NCBI GenBank assembly: GCA_963662405.2
Contig: CAXXKT010000001.1
Location: forward strand, 768,001-832,000
Direction of reading: 5' to 3'
DNA from: Syntrophales bacterium
GTDB lineage: Bacteria; Desulfobacterota; Syntrophia; Syntrophales; UBA2210
DNA: 64,000 nucleotides
Part shown: in pieces, positions 10,274-20,800 of the stretch
Layout: each line of letters starts with the position of its first letter
Numbering within the stretch: position 1 is the stretch's first letter
Position numbers and translations under genes: made by a program
The notes under the pieces: model-generated
The model's database searches: none
What the model saw: only the letters and a program-made list of their open reading frames with translations
Told to the model about the DNA's origin: nothing

Positions 10274-10359
10274 AATAAAGGCTTGATAAATCAAATCGTA
10301 TATCCTAGAGTGGGCAGTGAGCGGGTGCTGGATAACCTTTTATAAACAAGGAGTGTTCC

Positions 10360-10794
10360 ATGTTTAGAAAAATTTTATACCCTACCGATTTTTCAGATGT
10401 ATCGAAGAAGGCTCTCGCCGCTATTGAGGATCTTCGGACAACCGAAGATCAAGAGGTGGTCGTCATCCATGTAATCGACAGCCGAAACCTCGACGCCATG
10501 GCCCAGTATGTACCGGCCGATCTCGTGAAGACCCAGCAGGCACTTGAAAAGCTTGCGTGGGAAGAGGCACAGGCGATTACCGATCACCTCGAAAAAAAGG
10601 GGTTCACAGTCAAGGTCCGTATCGAGGAGGGGATTCCCTCACGGAATATCCTGGAAGCGGAAATCGACGAAGGCGTTTCCTGTATCGTTATCGGGTCTCA
10701 CGGAGTGAGCAACATCAAGGAGATGTTCCTTGGATCCGTTTCGGAAAAGGTCGTCAGGAAGGCCACGAATCCCGTCATTGTGATAAAACGCTAA
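10360..10794 (+). CDS. Universal stress protein
   Basis: KILYPTDFS, IVIGSHG, FLGSVSEKVVR. Confidence 0.92.
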   Translation: MFRKILYPTDFSDVSKKALAAIEDLRTTEDQEVVVIHVIDSRNLDAMAQYVPADLVKTQQALEKLAWEEAQAITDHLEKKGFTVKVRIEEGIPSRNILEAEIDEGVSCIVIGSHGVSNIKEMFLGSVSEKVVRKATNPVIVIKR

Positions 10795-10899
10795 GGTTAA
10801 TGATATATATAATACACATTCCCCGTTTCAGAACTGCCGTATCGACACTCAAGTGAACCTGGTTGAACGATTTGAGCGTTGAGCTCTGCATATCGAAGG

Positions 10900-11365
10900 A
10901 TGGAGAAAGTGTATATGGTGCCATTCACATGTCGCGACTCACAACGGATACCGACCCCCTGCCCGAAGATTGCACTCTCATCCCAAGACGATGTCGATTC
11001 CGACAAGATTCCCTTGGCCGGTCCCCCACGTCTCAGAGAGACGGCCAGTAAACGAATGGGGATTTTCAGATTTATACCTTCGGTACACCGCTGGTGCTCT
11101 CCAATGTGAACATGGAGGGAAACAGGCCCGCCGAGTGGAATCCTTCGGGGCGGCGCGAGGAGTTTCGAAGACTCAAAGGAGACGCTATCAGGTACAACCT
11201 CCGGGAGGGCGATGGCACGATGCGCGACCGCATGCCGGGGTGCCGCCATCCAGTGCTCGATCATTTATAACGGCTCCGACAAGGATCTCTCATGGACGCT
11301 GAAACGCTGGACAAACCTGGAGGAGGACCTGTCGCGGATCGTCTTCGAGGCATCGAAGGGCGTGG
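10900..11365 (+). pseudogene. Degraded remnant, possibly of a DUF362 Fe-S protein
   Basis: Fragments in three frames: MEKVY..., GIFRFIPS, EHGGKQ..VES, a ferredoxin-like ARCATACRGAAIQ, W...IVFEASKGV; no continuous ORF. Confidence 0.3.
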
Positions 11366-11504
11366 GCAATATCGTCGGTAATCCCATTCCCCTCAAGGGA
11401 CTCCACTCTCTGGCATTGCTGAAGGGATTTTATTTACGAAATCAACGAGACACTCAGGGTACGCTCTCGGGTAACAGGACATGGGATCGTTTTAACAGAA
11501 AGTG

Positions 11505-12539
11505 TCAGGGTGAAACACCTTTTGCTTCCATCCCCGAGTCATGGGCAACACGGGCGCGTCCCTTCCGTTTTGCCTGATACATCAGGTTGTCAATCCGTGT
11601 AAGGAGGGCGTCGGTACTCTCACCTCTCCGGTATTGGGTGACGCCGAAGCTTGCCGTCAGTTCTCCGATCTCGGGAAAGGGGAAATCCCGCATCTGTTTC
11701 AGGAGGGCCTCTCCCAGCGGTATCGCCTGTGAAAGGTGGGTATTGGCAAGCAAGATCAGAAACTCCTCTCCTCCCCACCGGGCCAGGATATCCGACGCAC
11801 GGATACGATCCCGGATCGATTTAACCAGCCCTTCCAGCACCCGATCCCCCGTTTCATGACCGAAACGATCGTTGACGACCTTAAAGTGATCGATGTCCAG
11901 CATGATGAGGGAAAGCGGGACGTCATACCGATCGCTCCGTCCCATCTCCCGATGTAATTCTTCCATGAAATGACGGCGGTTAAAGGCACCGGTCAGAGGG
12001 TCCGTCACCGCCAGTTTGCGAAGCTCCTCGTGGAGACGTTTGCGCTCCGTCACATCCCGACTGACTCCGAGGATTGCCACGGGACGACCATTATCGTCCC
12101 GCAGGAAGGACAGGACATTTTCGATCCAGACAATCGAGCGGTCCTGACGGTATTCTTCGATCTCGATTGTGCGCGTGCGCTGTAAATCGGTGCCGCTTGC
12201 TTCACGGTTCAACTCTTCATCAAGGATTTTCGTCACCATTGCCAGGGAATGGGGAGGCATGACCTCGTCGATTCCCTGCGCCATCGTTTCTTCCGGTGTG
12301 GATCCATAGAGCTGCATGACCGACGGGCTAACATAGGTAAAACGGAGGGTTTCCAGGTCCATTATCCAGAGACAATCGCCGGAATGATCGGCGATTGAAC
12401 GGTATTTCTGCTCGTTCTCACGGAGTTCCCTATTGATTTCGTGGAGTACCGAGAGCTCCGCTTCCAGTTCTGCTACTCGACGACGCACCGGTTCCACTTC
12501 CTGATCCCCTTGTGCGGGATTGTCGCTGTGCTTGATCAT
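11505..12539 (-). CDS. PAS-GGDEF diguanylate cyclase
   Basis: PAS/PAC, TDPLTG, DIDHFK, GGEEF active site with RASD inhibitory site; start MIKHSD. Confidence 0.92.
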   Translation of the reverse strand: MIKHSDNPAQGDQEVEPVRRRVAELEAELSVLHEINRELRENEQKYRSIADHSGDCLWIMDLETLRFTYVSPSVMQLYGSTPEETMAQGIDEVMPPHSLAMVTKILDEELNREASGTDLQRTRTIEIEEYRQDRSIVWIENVLSFLRDDNGRPVAILGVSRDVTERKRLHEELRKLAVTDPLTGAFNRRHFMEELHREMGRSDRYDVPLSLIMLDIDHFKVVNDRFGHETGDRVLEGLVKSIRDRIRASDILARWGGEEFLILLANTHLSQAIPLGEALLKQMRDFPFPEIGELTASFGVTQYRRGESTDALLTRIDNLMYQAKRKGRARVAHDSGMEAKGVSP

Positions 12540-12869
12540 AGAGATAAATCCTCTCCCCCTTCTCAGTCGCAAACCACCCCATGCCGGGCGCCTCTGCCAT
12601 GATCCTGCCGGTAATTGCAAGGTTCGTTCTTTTGTTCTGTTGGTCCCTGACAGAGAGATATGGACACCGGAAAAGCAACGCAATGTTCACAAAAGAACAA
12701 ACACACAAGATGCCGCATGTCAACGAAAATTTACGGGGCGCTGAAAATCCCTTCGGGGGGCCACCTGGATTTGAATACCATAATATTCGTGAATATCTAT
12801 AAATAACTTATGCACGAAAAGAATATACCGAATAGACATGCCGCCCCATTTGGCGGCTGTTATGAAGCA

Positions 12870-13094
12870 TTATACCGGGCATTTTTGCCACTCTTGCGGG
12901 GAAGACAAACATCGTGAGAGACAATCGGCGTATTTCGTCCGGTCTATCGTGGCATTCTCCGGGATAAGCGCTGCCTCGACCCACCGCTCCGGGGGGACAA
13001 TGCCGCGGTATGCCTCTGCGGTGTTATTGATGACCTCATAGACCATCTTGAAACCGGACCCCCTCCACGGCCTGACACCAGCCATTGCCGTCAT
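12870..13094 (-). pseudogene. GNAT acetyltransferase fragment
   Basis: 'VYEVINNTAEAYRGIVPPERW' resembles the N-terminus of a common GNAT family (IINDAA.AY.GVIP.DRW); the acetyl-CoA-binding core is missing. Confidence 0.5.
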
Positions 13095-13138
13095 GCGGTG
13101 TCATGATCTTCCCGTACGTTTCGGTGGACGGCGGCCTC

Positions 13139-13582
13139 TCAGATCCTGAGGAGCTGGAATCCCAGATCCGGGTCCAGGACACGCGCACCGGCCGTGTCTG
13201 TCAGTTCGAAGAGGACAACTTCCAAGATCTGCCAGACCCTGATGCCGTTACGGATACATCCCGTGATCGTATGATTTCCCCTCCCGCATGCCAGGTGTAT
13301 ATGTACCATTGGGTTGCCCTCTTCATCCGGAAAGAGCGTCCCGGTCCCCGCAACCTCATGCACATCCCCCAGGATATACGTTGCCGGTCTGACGGGGCGA
13401 GCATCTGCCCGCTCGGGACCGACAACAACCCGGCTGCCTCCGGCTGCCCCGCCGACGATGATCAACGCGCCAGCGGTTATTCCCTTTTCGCGGGCGAACC
13501 GTTCGATCTCTTCGTGAATCACCTCCCCGTCCTCCAGTCTGAGCACAAAGGTTCGGCCCTGCCATGCCTGTGAATATTGCAT
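13139..13582 (-). CDS. PPC/DUF296-domain protein
   Basis: FVLRLEDGE, EVAGTGT, HIHLACG, ITGC, LEVVL; RBS AGGAGG. Confidence 0.88.
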   Translation of the reverse strand: MQYSQAWQGRTFVLRLEDGEVIHEEIERFAREKGITAGALIIVGGAAGGSRVVVGPERADARPVRPATYILGDVHEVAGTGTLFPDEEGNPMVHIHLACGRGNHTITGCIRNGIRVWQILEVVLFELTDTAGARVLDPDLGFQLLRI

Positions 13583-13631
13583 CGTCCGTGTACCTCCTAT
13601 GGACATTTTGCTTGAGCACACTCGCTGCACT

Positions 13632-15146
13632 TCAAGCGCGACGGCTCCGTTCTCTCAGTTCCTTTTTCAATACCTTCCCCACCAGGCTCTTGGGGAGGGC
13701 ATCCAGAAACTCGATCTCCTTGGGCGATTTAAAGTGCTTCAACCGCTCCACACAGTCAGAAACAATCTCTTCCGGTTCGGCACTCACTCCGGGCATCAGG
13801 ACTACAAAAGCCTTAATATCATCGGCATAGACGGAATCATCTATGCCGATGACTGCGGCCTCCGAAACCTTCGGGTGCGAAAAGATGACCTCCTCGATCT
13901 CGCGCGGGGCGATATTCTCACCTCCCTTGATGATAATATCCTTTTTGCGTTCGGTAATAAAGAAATATCCGTTCTCGTCGCGGTAGCCGAGATCTCCCGT
14001 GTAGAGCCACCCGTCTTTCAGCGCCTCGGCCGTCTCATCGGGTTTATTCCAGTACCCCATCATCAGCATGGGACCTGAAAAAATAATCTCCCCTTCCTGC
14101 CCCGGGGGGGGAGTTCAGTCCTTTGAAAATCAACTATTTTCATCAGGGTCCCCTTCATCGGCCGTCCAATGGACCCGATCTTTTTTGCCCTATCCAGGGG
14201 ATTGGTGGCGTTGTTGGCGCCGGCTTCGGTCAGCCCCCACCCTTCCGTGATCTCATACCCAAAGGCCTCCTTGAATCTGTTCCAGGTGTCGAGGGTGAGT
14301 GGCGCCGAACCACACGACCAGCATTGCATTGAGCTGATGTCATATTTCCGGAGTTCGGGTATGAGCAGCATGTAGACATACATCGTCGGGACCCCCGCCA
14401 TGATATTGGCCCGGTATTGTTCAATAGCGGCAAAGACCCGAACGGGATCGAATGCATTCAAGAGAACCGCCCTGCCTCCCCCGAGAAAAGCGCGGTAATT
14501 CATGCTGGCAATCCCATATGAATGACAAAGAGGGAGGACCCCTATAGCGACCGGGCGGCAGATTGATGGTTTCATGTTGCATCCTGGCGTTGTGATAGAG
14601 ACTGGCATGGGTGTGCATGACCCCCTTGGGGACCCCCGTGGTTCCCGCCGTATAGATCAGCGCAGCAAGATCATCATCGTCGGTCTCTTCGATCACAAGA
14701 ACATCTCCACTCTTATCAACAAGATCCTTGAAGGAGAGCATCTGCGAGGGCACCTCGTCGCCGATCAGAATGACATTTTTGAGAGCCGGGGCGCGAGTAC
14801 GGCAGGTCTCGATCTTTGAAAGAAACTCCGGGGTGCTGATGATCGTCTCCGCCCCCGTATCCTGATAGATGTAGGCGGTTTCCATATCCCCAACCAGAAA
14901 GTTGATAGGAACGCCCACGGCACCGATCGCGTACACCGCCTGAAAGGCCTGCGCCACTTCGGGGCAGTTGGGCATCTGTATGATAACCCGGTCTCCCCGG
15001 TGGACCCTCAGTTCTTTCAGGGCATTTCCGAGGCGTGACGCGGCCCGCAGCATCTCTGCATTGGTGAACTCGCGATCCTCGAATATCAGGGATACATGTT
15101 TACCGAATTGTTCAAACTCCTTGTTTGCCAGTTCAGCAATATTCAT
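13632..15146 (-). pseudogene. Long-chain acyl-CoA ligase (ANL family), split by two frameshifts
   Basis: Three consecutive ORFs give YTAGTTGVPKG / VLPLCHSYG...EGWGLTE / TGDLG...KSLVGK; shifts at ~14553 and in a G8 run at 14104-14111. Confidence 0.88.
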
Positions 15147-15247
15147 TCTCCCCTCCTTGTTCCGATACCGAGATGGTCTGACGTGATCTACATCCGTGAG
15201 AAAGGCGGATGCGGTGCCCCCCGATACCGCACCCATCTCACCGCCGG

Positions 15248-16063
15248 TTACCCGTCAAAGAAACCGTTGAGGAATGCGCCAACGCGTTCAAATGCCTCCC
15301 GATCCTGAAGAAAAAACAGGTGTCCCCCTTCGAATAGTTCAAGGCGTGCCTGTAAAATCCTCCCCCGTATCGCCTCGAGGTTGGCGGGAGGGGCAATCCC
15401 GTCATAGCGGCCCCCGCAGATAAAGACCGGCATCCGGAGGGAAAAAAGGCGGTCGAAGGTGTCGTGTCCCTTCCGCGCCTCGATCTGACTCCGGGCACCC
15501 ATTTCCCGCCCCGGGTCATTTCCCCCCACCGTCATGGACTGCTCGGCCTGATCCACGAGTTTTTCAAGTCGTTGAGGGTGGGCCGCCTGCCAGGCGGCGT
15601 CACGACGCGTATCACCAAGGAGAACCATGTGCAGGGCCCGTTCCCGCACCGACAGTGCCTCCATCTCATGAAGTGGATACGAGTCACCCCCGGCGCCGCC
15701 GGAGCTGGTGCATGCCAGCACGAGCCGCTCGACCCGGTGCGGGAACCGAAGGGCAAATTCCTGGGCCACCATGCCCCCGAACGATACCCCCATGACAAGG
15801 CATTGGCCCCACCCCACCGCTGCCAGCAGGGCGTCGGCATCAATGGCATAGTCCGCCATGGTATACGGTGCGGCCGGTTTGTCGGTTTGACCAAGACCGC
15901 GCTGGTCATAGGCGAGGATCTCGAACCTGGTTGCGAGAGGAGAGTCGAAGATAGAGGGTCGCTGCCGCAGATCACCCCCGCTTCCGCCGATGTAAAGCAA
16001 GCGCCGTCCCGTACCATGGATTTCATAGTACATCCGTATGTCACGAACAACTGCGAAGGGCAT
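15248..16063 (-). CDS. Alpha/beta-fold hydrolase
   Basis: DQRGLG, GVSFGG nucleophile elbow, GRYD, GGH. Confidence 0.9.
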   Translation of the reverse strand: MPFAVVRDIRMYYEIHGTGRRLLYIGGSGGDLRQRPSIFDSPLATRFEILAYDQRGLGQTDKPAAPYTMADYAIDADALLAAVGWGQCLVMGVSFGGMVAQEFALRFPHRVERLVLACTSSGGAGGDSYPLHEMEALSVRERALHMVLLGDTRRDAAWQAAHPQRLEKLVDQAEQSMTVGGNDPGREMGARSQIEARKGHDTFDRLFSLRMPVFICGGRYDGIAPPANLEAIRGRILQARLELFEGGHLFFLQDREAFERVGAFLNGFFDG

Positions 16064-16392
16064 GGAGATCCCCTCCCATAGTGCCCATTGTACCGGTGTG
16101 CCGCGGTTCGTTCACCGTTGAGGATAAATCGTTGCGGTTGATTCACATAGGCTGGCTGTGTCTGAAGATGGTAAACGATTCCCCCCTGTTCAGTAACCCG
16201 CGGCCATCTTTACTGTAACAGGGCACCGAGGAAGGTGTCAACAGGAAACGGCCAGTGTAAACAAGCGGTATAAGAACGGTATGCAGGATATCAGCCCGGA
16301 ACATTCCCTACGCAGGCGCTCCGCCGCGCTCAACGGGTGCAGGCACGTCTCAAGGTCCATGGTGACACGTTGAGTCTTCTAATCCTCTGTCG

Positions 16393-16418
16393 GGATCCAT
16401 TTTTGGATCCATTTTTGG
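16393..16418. repeat. Tandem 12-bp direct repeat (GGATCCATTTTT x2) abutting the -35 box
   Basis: ggatccattttt ggatccattttt gg. Confidence 0.8.
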
Positions 16419-16419
16419 C

Positions 16420-16448
16420 TTGACAACAGGGAAAAGCTGTGTTTCTAT
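16420..16448 (+). promoter_or_regulatory. Probable sigma70 promoter of trpL-trpB2
   Basis: TTGACA 16420-16425, 17-nt spacer, weak -10 TTCTAT preceded by TG. Confidence 0.5.
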
Positions 16449-16475
16449 GAGCAGAAACAGGGCGGCAGGATTAAC

Positions 16476-16544
16476 ATGGCATACGGAACTGAAGATTCTC
16501 GGTTTTTCTGGTGGTGGCGGGTCTGCATCGATCTGTCCACATAG
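16476..16544 (+). CDS. trpL: Tryptophan attenuator leader peptide (MAYGTEDSRFFWWWRVCIDLST)
   Basis: 22 codons with TGG TGG TGG at 16509-16517; RBS GCAGGA; followed by antiterminator/terminator hairpins and a trpB-family gene. Confidence 0.88.
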   Translation: MAYGTEDSRFFWWWRVCIDLST

Positions 16545-16562
16545 ATGCCGGAGCATGTGTCG

Positions 16563-16593
16563 GCCGTGGGCGGAGAGTCCCACGGCTTTTTTT
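16563..16593 (+). terminator. Attenuator terminator 1
   Basis: GCCGTGGG-cggagagt-CCCACGGC + T7. Confidence 0.88.
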
Positions 16594-16603
16594 ATTCGTA
16601 TGA

Positions 16604-16638
16604 AACGCCATGGGATCTTCTCATGGCGTTATTTTTTT
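16604..16638 (+). terminator. Attenuator terminator-like hairpin 2
   Basis: AACGCCATGGGA-tct-TCTCATGGCGTT + A + T7. Confidence 0.7.
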
Positions 16639-16661
16639 ATTGAATCAAAGGAGGGAATAAT

Positions 16662-18023
16662 ATGAGGCAGGTAAAGGTGTTTTTGAATGAGGAGGAGATC
16701 CCCAGGCAATGGTACAATATCATGGCTGATATGCCGACCCCGATGAGCCCGCCCCTTCACCCGGGAACGGGGCAACCGCTGAAGCCTGAAGATATGGCCC
16801 CGATCTTCCCCATGAACCTGATCGAGCAGGAGATGAGTACTGACCGGTGGATCGATATCCCCGAAGAGGTCCTTGAGAAGTATATGCTCTGGCGGCCGAC
16901 CCCGCTCTACCGGGCATACAATCTGGAAAAGCTCCTCGATGCCCCGGTGAAGATCTACTATAAACATGAAGGGGTCAGCCCCGCCGGTTCACACAAGCCG
17001 AATACCGCCGTCGCCCAGGCGTATTATAACAAGGCCTTCGGGATCAAAAAGATCTCGACGGAGACCGGCGCCGGCCAGTGGGGGAGCGCTCTGAGCATGG
17101 CCTGCAACATGTTCGGCCTGGAATGCCGGGTCTTCATGGTTCGGGTCAGCTACGACCAGAAGCCGTACCGCCGCCTGATGATGCAGACATGGGGGGCCAA
17201 GTGCTTTCCCAGTCCGAGCGACCTGACCGAGACGGGGCGCAAGATCCTCGCCGAGAACCCCGATTCACCGGGTAGTCTGGGGATCGCCATCAGTGAGGCG
17301 ATTGAAGACGGCGTCGGAAAAGAAGATTCGCGCTATTCCCTGGGGAGCGTCCTGAATCACGTCATGCTCCACCAGACGATTATCGGGCTCGAGGCCCAGA
17401 AACAATTCGACAAGATCGGCGAATATCCGGATGTCGTGATCGGGTGTGCCGGCGGTGGAAGCAATTTCGCCGGGGCGGCCCTGCCCTTCGCACGGGACAA
17501 GATACACGGCAGGGACATAGCGATCATCGCGGCGGAGCCGTCATCCTGTCCGACCCTTACGAGGGCACCCTATGGGTACGATTTCGGGGACCTGGCAATG
17601 ACGACACCCCTCCTCGCCATGTACTCACTCGGGCACGATTTCGTCCCGGCCCCGATCCACGCCGGAGGGCTCCGATACCACGGGATGGCACCGATTGTCA
17701 GTCACCTTGTGAAGGAGCGGGTCATCGAGGCTCGATCGTACCACCAACTCGAGACCTTCGACGCGGGGATCAAGTGGGCACGGTCCGAGGCATTCATCCC
17801 CGCTCCCGAGACGAACCACGCCATTGCGGCAGTGATTCAGGAGGCCCAGCGGGCAAAGGAAGAAGGAAAAGAAAAGGTCATCTTCTTCAACTGGAGCGGA
17901 CACGGGCTGATTGACCTTGCATCATACGACGCCTACCTGTCCGGTAAACTGACCGATTATCAGCTTCCGGACGACGAGATCGAGCGGGCGAAGAAGACCA
18001 TCGGGCAATTTCCCACACCGTAA
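16662..18023 (+). CDS. trpB2: Tryptophan synthase beta chain 2 (TrpB2, PLP-dependent)
   Basis: GSHKPN (PLP Lys), [27 protein letters not shown]; long N-terminus (WYNI) typical of TrpB2; no trpA adjacent. Confidence 0.95.
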   Translation: MRQVKVFLNEEEIPRQWYNIMADMPTPMSPPLHPGTGQPLKPEDMAPIFPMNLIEQEMSTDRWIDIPEEVLEKYMLWRPTPLYRAYNLEKLLDAPVKIYYKHEGVSPAGSHKPNTAVAQAYYNKAFGIKKISTETGAGQWGSALSMACNMFGLECRVFMVRVSYDQKPYRRLMMQTWGAKCFPSPSDLTETGRKILAENPDSPGSLGIAISEAIEDGVGKEDSRYSLGSVLNHVMLHQTIIGLEAQKQFDKIGEYPDVVIGCAGGGSNFAGAALPFARDKIHGRDIAIIAAEPSSCPTLTRAPYGYDFGDLAMTTPLLAMYSLGHDFVPAPIHAGGLRYHGMAPIVSHLVKERVIEARSYHQLETFDAGIKWARSEAFIPAPETNHAIAAVIQEAQRAKEEGKEKVIFFNWSGHGLIDLASYDAYLSGKLTDYQLPDDEIERAKKTIGQFPTP

Positions 18024-18083
18024 GGTGTCTGTTGATGGACTGCGGCGCGGGACGGATCACCGTGTCCGGTCAGAGGAATCGTC

Positions 18084-18344
18084 ATGGATCGATTTGATCA
18101 TCTGGTGCTGCGCTGTCCCCGGCTGGGAGGGGAGGTCACCTTTGCCTACTGCAGGCGCGAACAGGGTGTTCTCCCCTGCCGGATGATACTCCGGTGCTGG
18201 GAGGAATTGATACCGGCGGAGCAACATCTGAGAAGATATCTCTCCGATGAGGAGTGGAACCGCTCGTTCAATGTCCCCCCCAAGGACAAGATGGCTACCA
18301 TCATTGAGATAGCGGATGCCGTACAAAAGCGGAAGGGGATGTAG
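18084..18344 (+). CDS. Small Cys-rich hypothetical protein
   Basis: RCPRLGG..F.YC....LPC..IL.CW; RBS GAGGA; co-directional with trpB2 and rarA. Confidence 0.7.
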   Translation: MDRFDHLVLRCPRLGGEVTFAYCRREQGVLPCRMILRCWEELIPAEQHLRRYLSDEEWNRSFNVPPKDKMATIIEIADAVQKRKGM

Positions 18345-18427
18345 AATCATCCCGAAGTATGGTATGGTGTCCCGGTTCCTGATGGGTAGGCGGAACCGGA
18401 ATGAATCCTTGCGGGGCACGACAGCAT

Positions 18428-19777
18428 ATGGATCTCTTTGAGGAGCACGACAGAAAGGCGGCGGTGATGGTCCCCCCCCTGGCGGAGAGGATGCGGCCTG
18501 AAACCCTTGATGATTTTCAGGGACAGACCGGCATTCTCGGTCCGGACAGTCTGCTCCGCCGTGCCATCGCCGATGACAAGCTCTTCTCGGTCATCTTCTG
18601 GGGCCCCCCCGGCTCCGGGAAGACGACCCTGGCTCGTATCATTGCCCATGAAACGAAGTCCCATTTTGAGACGATCTCCGCCGTCCTCGCCGGGGTCAAG
18701 GATATCAAGGCAATTATCGCCGAGGCACAGGTGCAGCTCCGGCATCATAAGAAGACGATCCTGTTTGTCGATGAGATCCACCGCTTTAACAAGGCACAGC
18801 AGGACGCTTTTCTCCCCCATGTCGAAAGCGGTCTGATAACCCTGATCGGCGCCACCACGGAAAATCCTTCATTTGAGGTCATTGCTCCCCTCCTGTCCCG
18901 GGCGCGGGTCATGGTCCTCGAGCCCTATTCACCGAAAGACCTGACCGCTATCCTGAAGCAGGCGCTGGAGGAGAAGGAACGCGGGCTCGGTTCCCTCTCG
19001 CTGTCGGTGGCTGACGAGGCCCTCGAACACATGGTATGGACGGCGGACGGAGATGCCCGCACCGCACTCAACAACCTGGAGGTCGCGGCATCACTGGTCG
19101 GAGAGGGCGGACAGATCACTCTCCGGATGGTGGAGGAGGCTCTGCAGCGAAAGGCCCTGCAGTACGATAAAAAAGGGGAGGAACACTACAATCTCATATC
19201 GGCCCTCCACAAGAGTCTCAGGGGAAGCGATCCGGATGCCGCGCTCTACTGGTTGGGACGGATGCTCGAGGCGGGTGAAGACCCCCTCTTTATCCTCCGG
19301 AGGATGATCCGTTTTGCCTCCGAAGATGTGGGAAACGCCGATCCCACCGCGCTGAGTGTTGCCGTATCGGCACTCCAAGCGTTTCAGTGTATCGGGCTCC
19401 CCGAGGGGGAGCTTGCCCTGGCACAGACGGCGGTCTATCTCGCGACCGCACCGAAGAGTAATGCCCTCTATACCGGTTTCAGTGCGGTGAAGAAAGAGAT
19501 ACGCCGGACCGGCGCGCTTCCCGTTCCTCTCCACATTCGTAATGCGCCGACACGTCTGATGAAGGACCTGGGCTACGGGAAAGGATATCAATATGCCCAT
19601 AACTTCCCCGATGCACACGTCCCCCAGGAATATCTGCCCGAGAAGCTCCGCGGTCGTGCCTATTATTCGCCGACTAACAGGGGATATGAAAAGATTATCC
19701 GGGACAGGCTTCAAAAATGGTACGAGATCCGGAGGAAACTCCGCGCCGGCACGAAAGACGATACGGCAGAGCGTTGA
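18428..19777 (+). CDS. rarA: Replication-associated recombination protein A (AAA+ ATPase)
   Basis: [54 protein letters not shown]. Confidence 0.95.
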   Translation: MDLFEEHDRKAAVMVPPLAERMRPETLDDFQGQTGILGPDSLLRRAIADDKLFSVIFWGPPGSGKTTLARIIAHETKSHFETISAVLAGVKDIKAIIAEAQVQLRHHKKTILFVDEIHRFNKAQQDAFLPHVESGLITLIGATTENPSFEVIAPLLSRARVMVLEPYSPKDLTAILKQALEEKERGLGSLSLSVADEALEHMVWTADGDARTALNNLEVAASLVGEGGQITLRMVEEALQRKALQYDKKGEEHYNLISALHKSLRGSDPDAALYWLGRMLEAGEDPLFILRRMIRFASEDVGNADPTALSVAVSALQAFQCIGLPEGELALAQTAVYLATAPKSNALYTGFSAVKKEIRRTGALPVPLHIRNAPTRLMKDLGYGKGYQYAHNFPDAHVPQEYLPEKLRGRAYYSPTNRGYEKIIRDRLQKWYEIRRKLRAGTKDDTAER

Positions 19778-19830
19778 AGGGAACCTCCGTTCCCCTCGGA
19801 TTCCGCCTGATCAAGGGTGAGAGGAGCACC

Positions 19831-20211
19831 TTATTTTCTAAGTTTATAGATCCTGTTGTTGGAACGCTTCAGGAGTCTCGGCATAAAGCCCGATCCTAAT
19901 TGAGCGTGATTCTCGGTGATGCCGTTTCCCTGGTTCCCTCCCCCTGGTTCGATCTCGCCCCGGAGTTCCCCGTCTTCGTCTATCAGTAACTTGGGTTTTT
20001 TCTGTGTGGGGGCACCTGTGGCCAGCGCTGCCGTTTTACTGAAACTCAGGAGGGCCTGCTCCATAATGGCGGAATAGCTCCCTCCGGATACCGCCTGCTC
20101 CTGGAGCAAAATATCCTTTGCTTCCCGTGAGAGCATAACGGTAAAGGATTGCTTCCCCGCCGCCCGATTCCGTTCCCGCCACCGCCTCAGTCGCTCTTTC
20201 CCCGTTGCCAT
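19831..20211 (-). CDS. Hypothetical protein with possible ribbon-helix-helix N-terminus
   Basis: KERLRRWRERNRAAGKQSFTVML pattern; fills the gap between rarA and the ACT gene. Confidence 0.55.
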   Translation of the reverse strand: MATGKERLRRWRERNRAAGKQSFTVMLSREAKDILLQEQAVSGGSYSAIMEQALLSFSKTAALATGAPTQKKPKLLIDEDGELRGEIEPGGGNQGNGITENHAQLGSGFMPRLLKRSNNRIYKLRK

Positions 20212-20347
20212 CCCCACCCCCCGCAGCTGCATATAACAACGACACATCCCGCCCCTATCATCAAAAGGGCCCGATGTCAATAAGGCTTCCCGAATACCTG
20301 CCAGACCGTGTTGCGGGATGGAGTGCTCGGCAATTCCCTTTCAGCAC

Positions 20348-20779
20348 CTAGAGACGGTAGACCTTTTCCCCCGGAAGAACGGTAAATCCATTTTTCAGAA
20401 GAACATTTATCCCTGCATCGATATCATCAAATCTGAAAATAATGATAGCATTTTCACCGCTCCGCTCTACAAATGCATAGGCATACTCGACATTGACATT
20501 TTCCCCCGCCAGGACCTTCGATATGCTGTGCATCCCGCCCGGGCGATCCGGGATCTCCACGGCCGCGACATGGGTGCGTCTGACTGTGAAGCCTTCGTTC
20601 TGAAGGGCCTTCTCCGCCGTATCTATGTCGTTCAGGATAAGTCGCAGGATACCGAAATCCGAGGTGTCAGCGAGAGAGAGCGCCCTGATGTTGATGCCTG
20701 CCTCCGCCAGGACTCGGGTTACATGTTCGAGCCTGCCAGGTTTGTTCTCCACAAATACCGATATTTGCTCTAGCTTCAT
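20348..20779 (-). CDS. Tandem ACT-domain protein (paaK-associated)
   Basis: QISVFVENKPGRL, INIRALSLADT, DRPGG, NVEYAY. Confidence 0.9.
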   Translation of the reverse strand: MKLEQISVFVENKPGRLEHVTRVLAEAGINIRALSLADTSDFGILRLILNDIDTAEKALQNEGFTVRRTHVAAVEIPDRPGGMHSISKVLAGENVNVEYAYAFVERSGENAIIIFRFDDIDAGINVLLKNGFTVLPGEKVYRL

Positions 20780-20800
20780 GATTGACACTCCTTCCTGCCG

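Noticed and set aside
10283..10294. FNR-like TTGAT..ATCAA upstream of usp
   Set aside because: Spacer is 2 nt, not the required 4
16420..16665. 81-aa ORF spanning the trpB2 leader
   Set aside because: It starts inside the -35 box and crosses both terminators; the WWW leader in another frame explains the region
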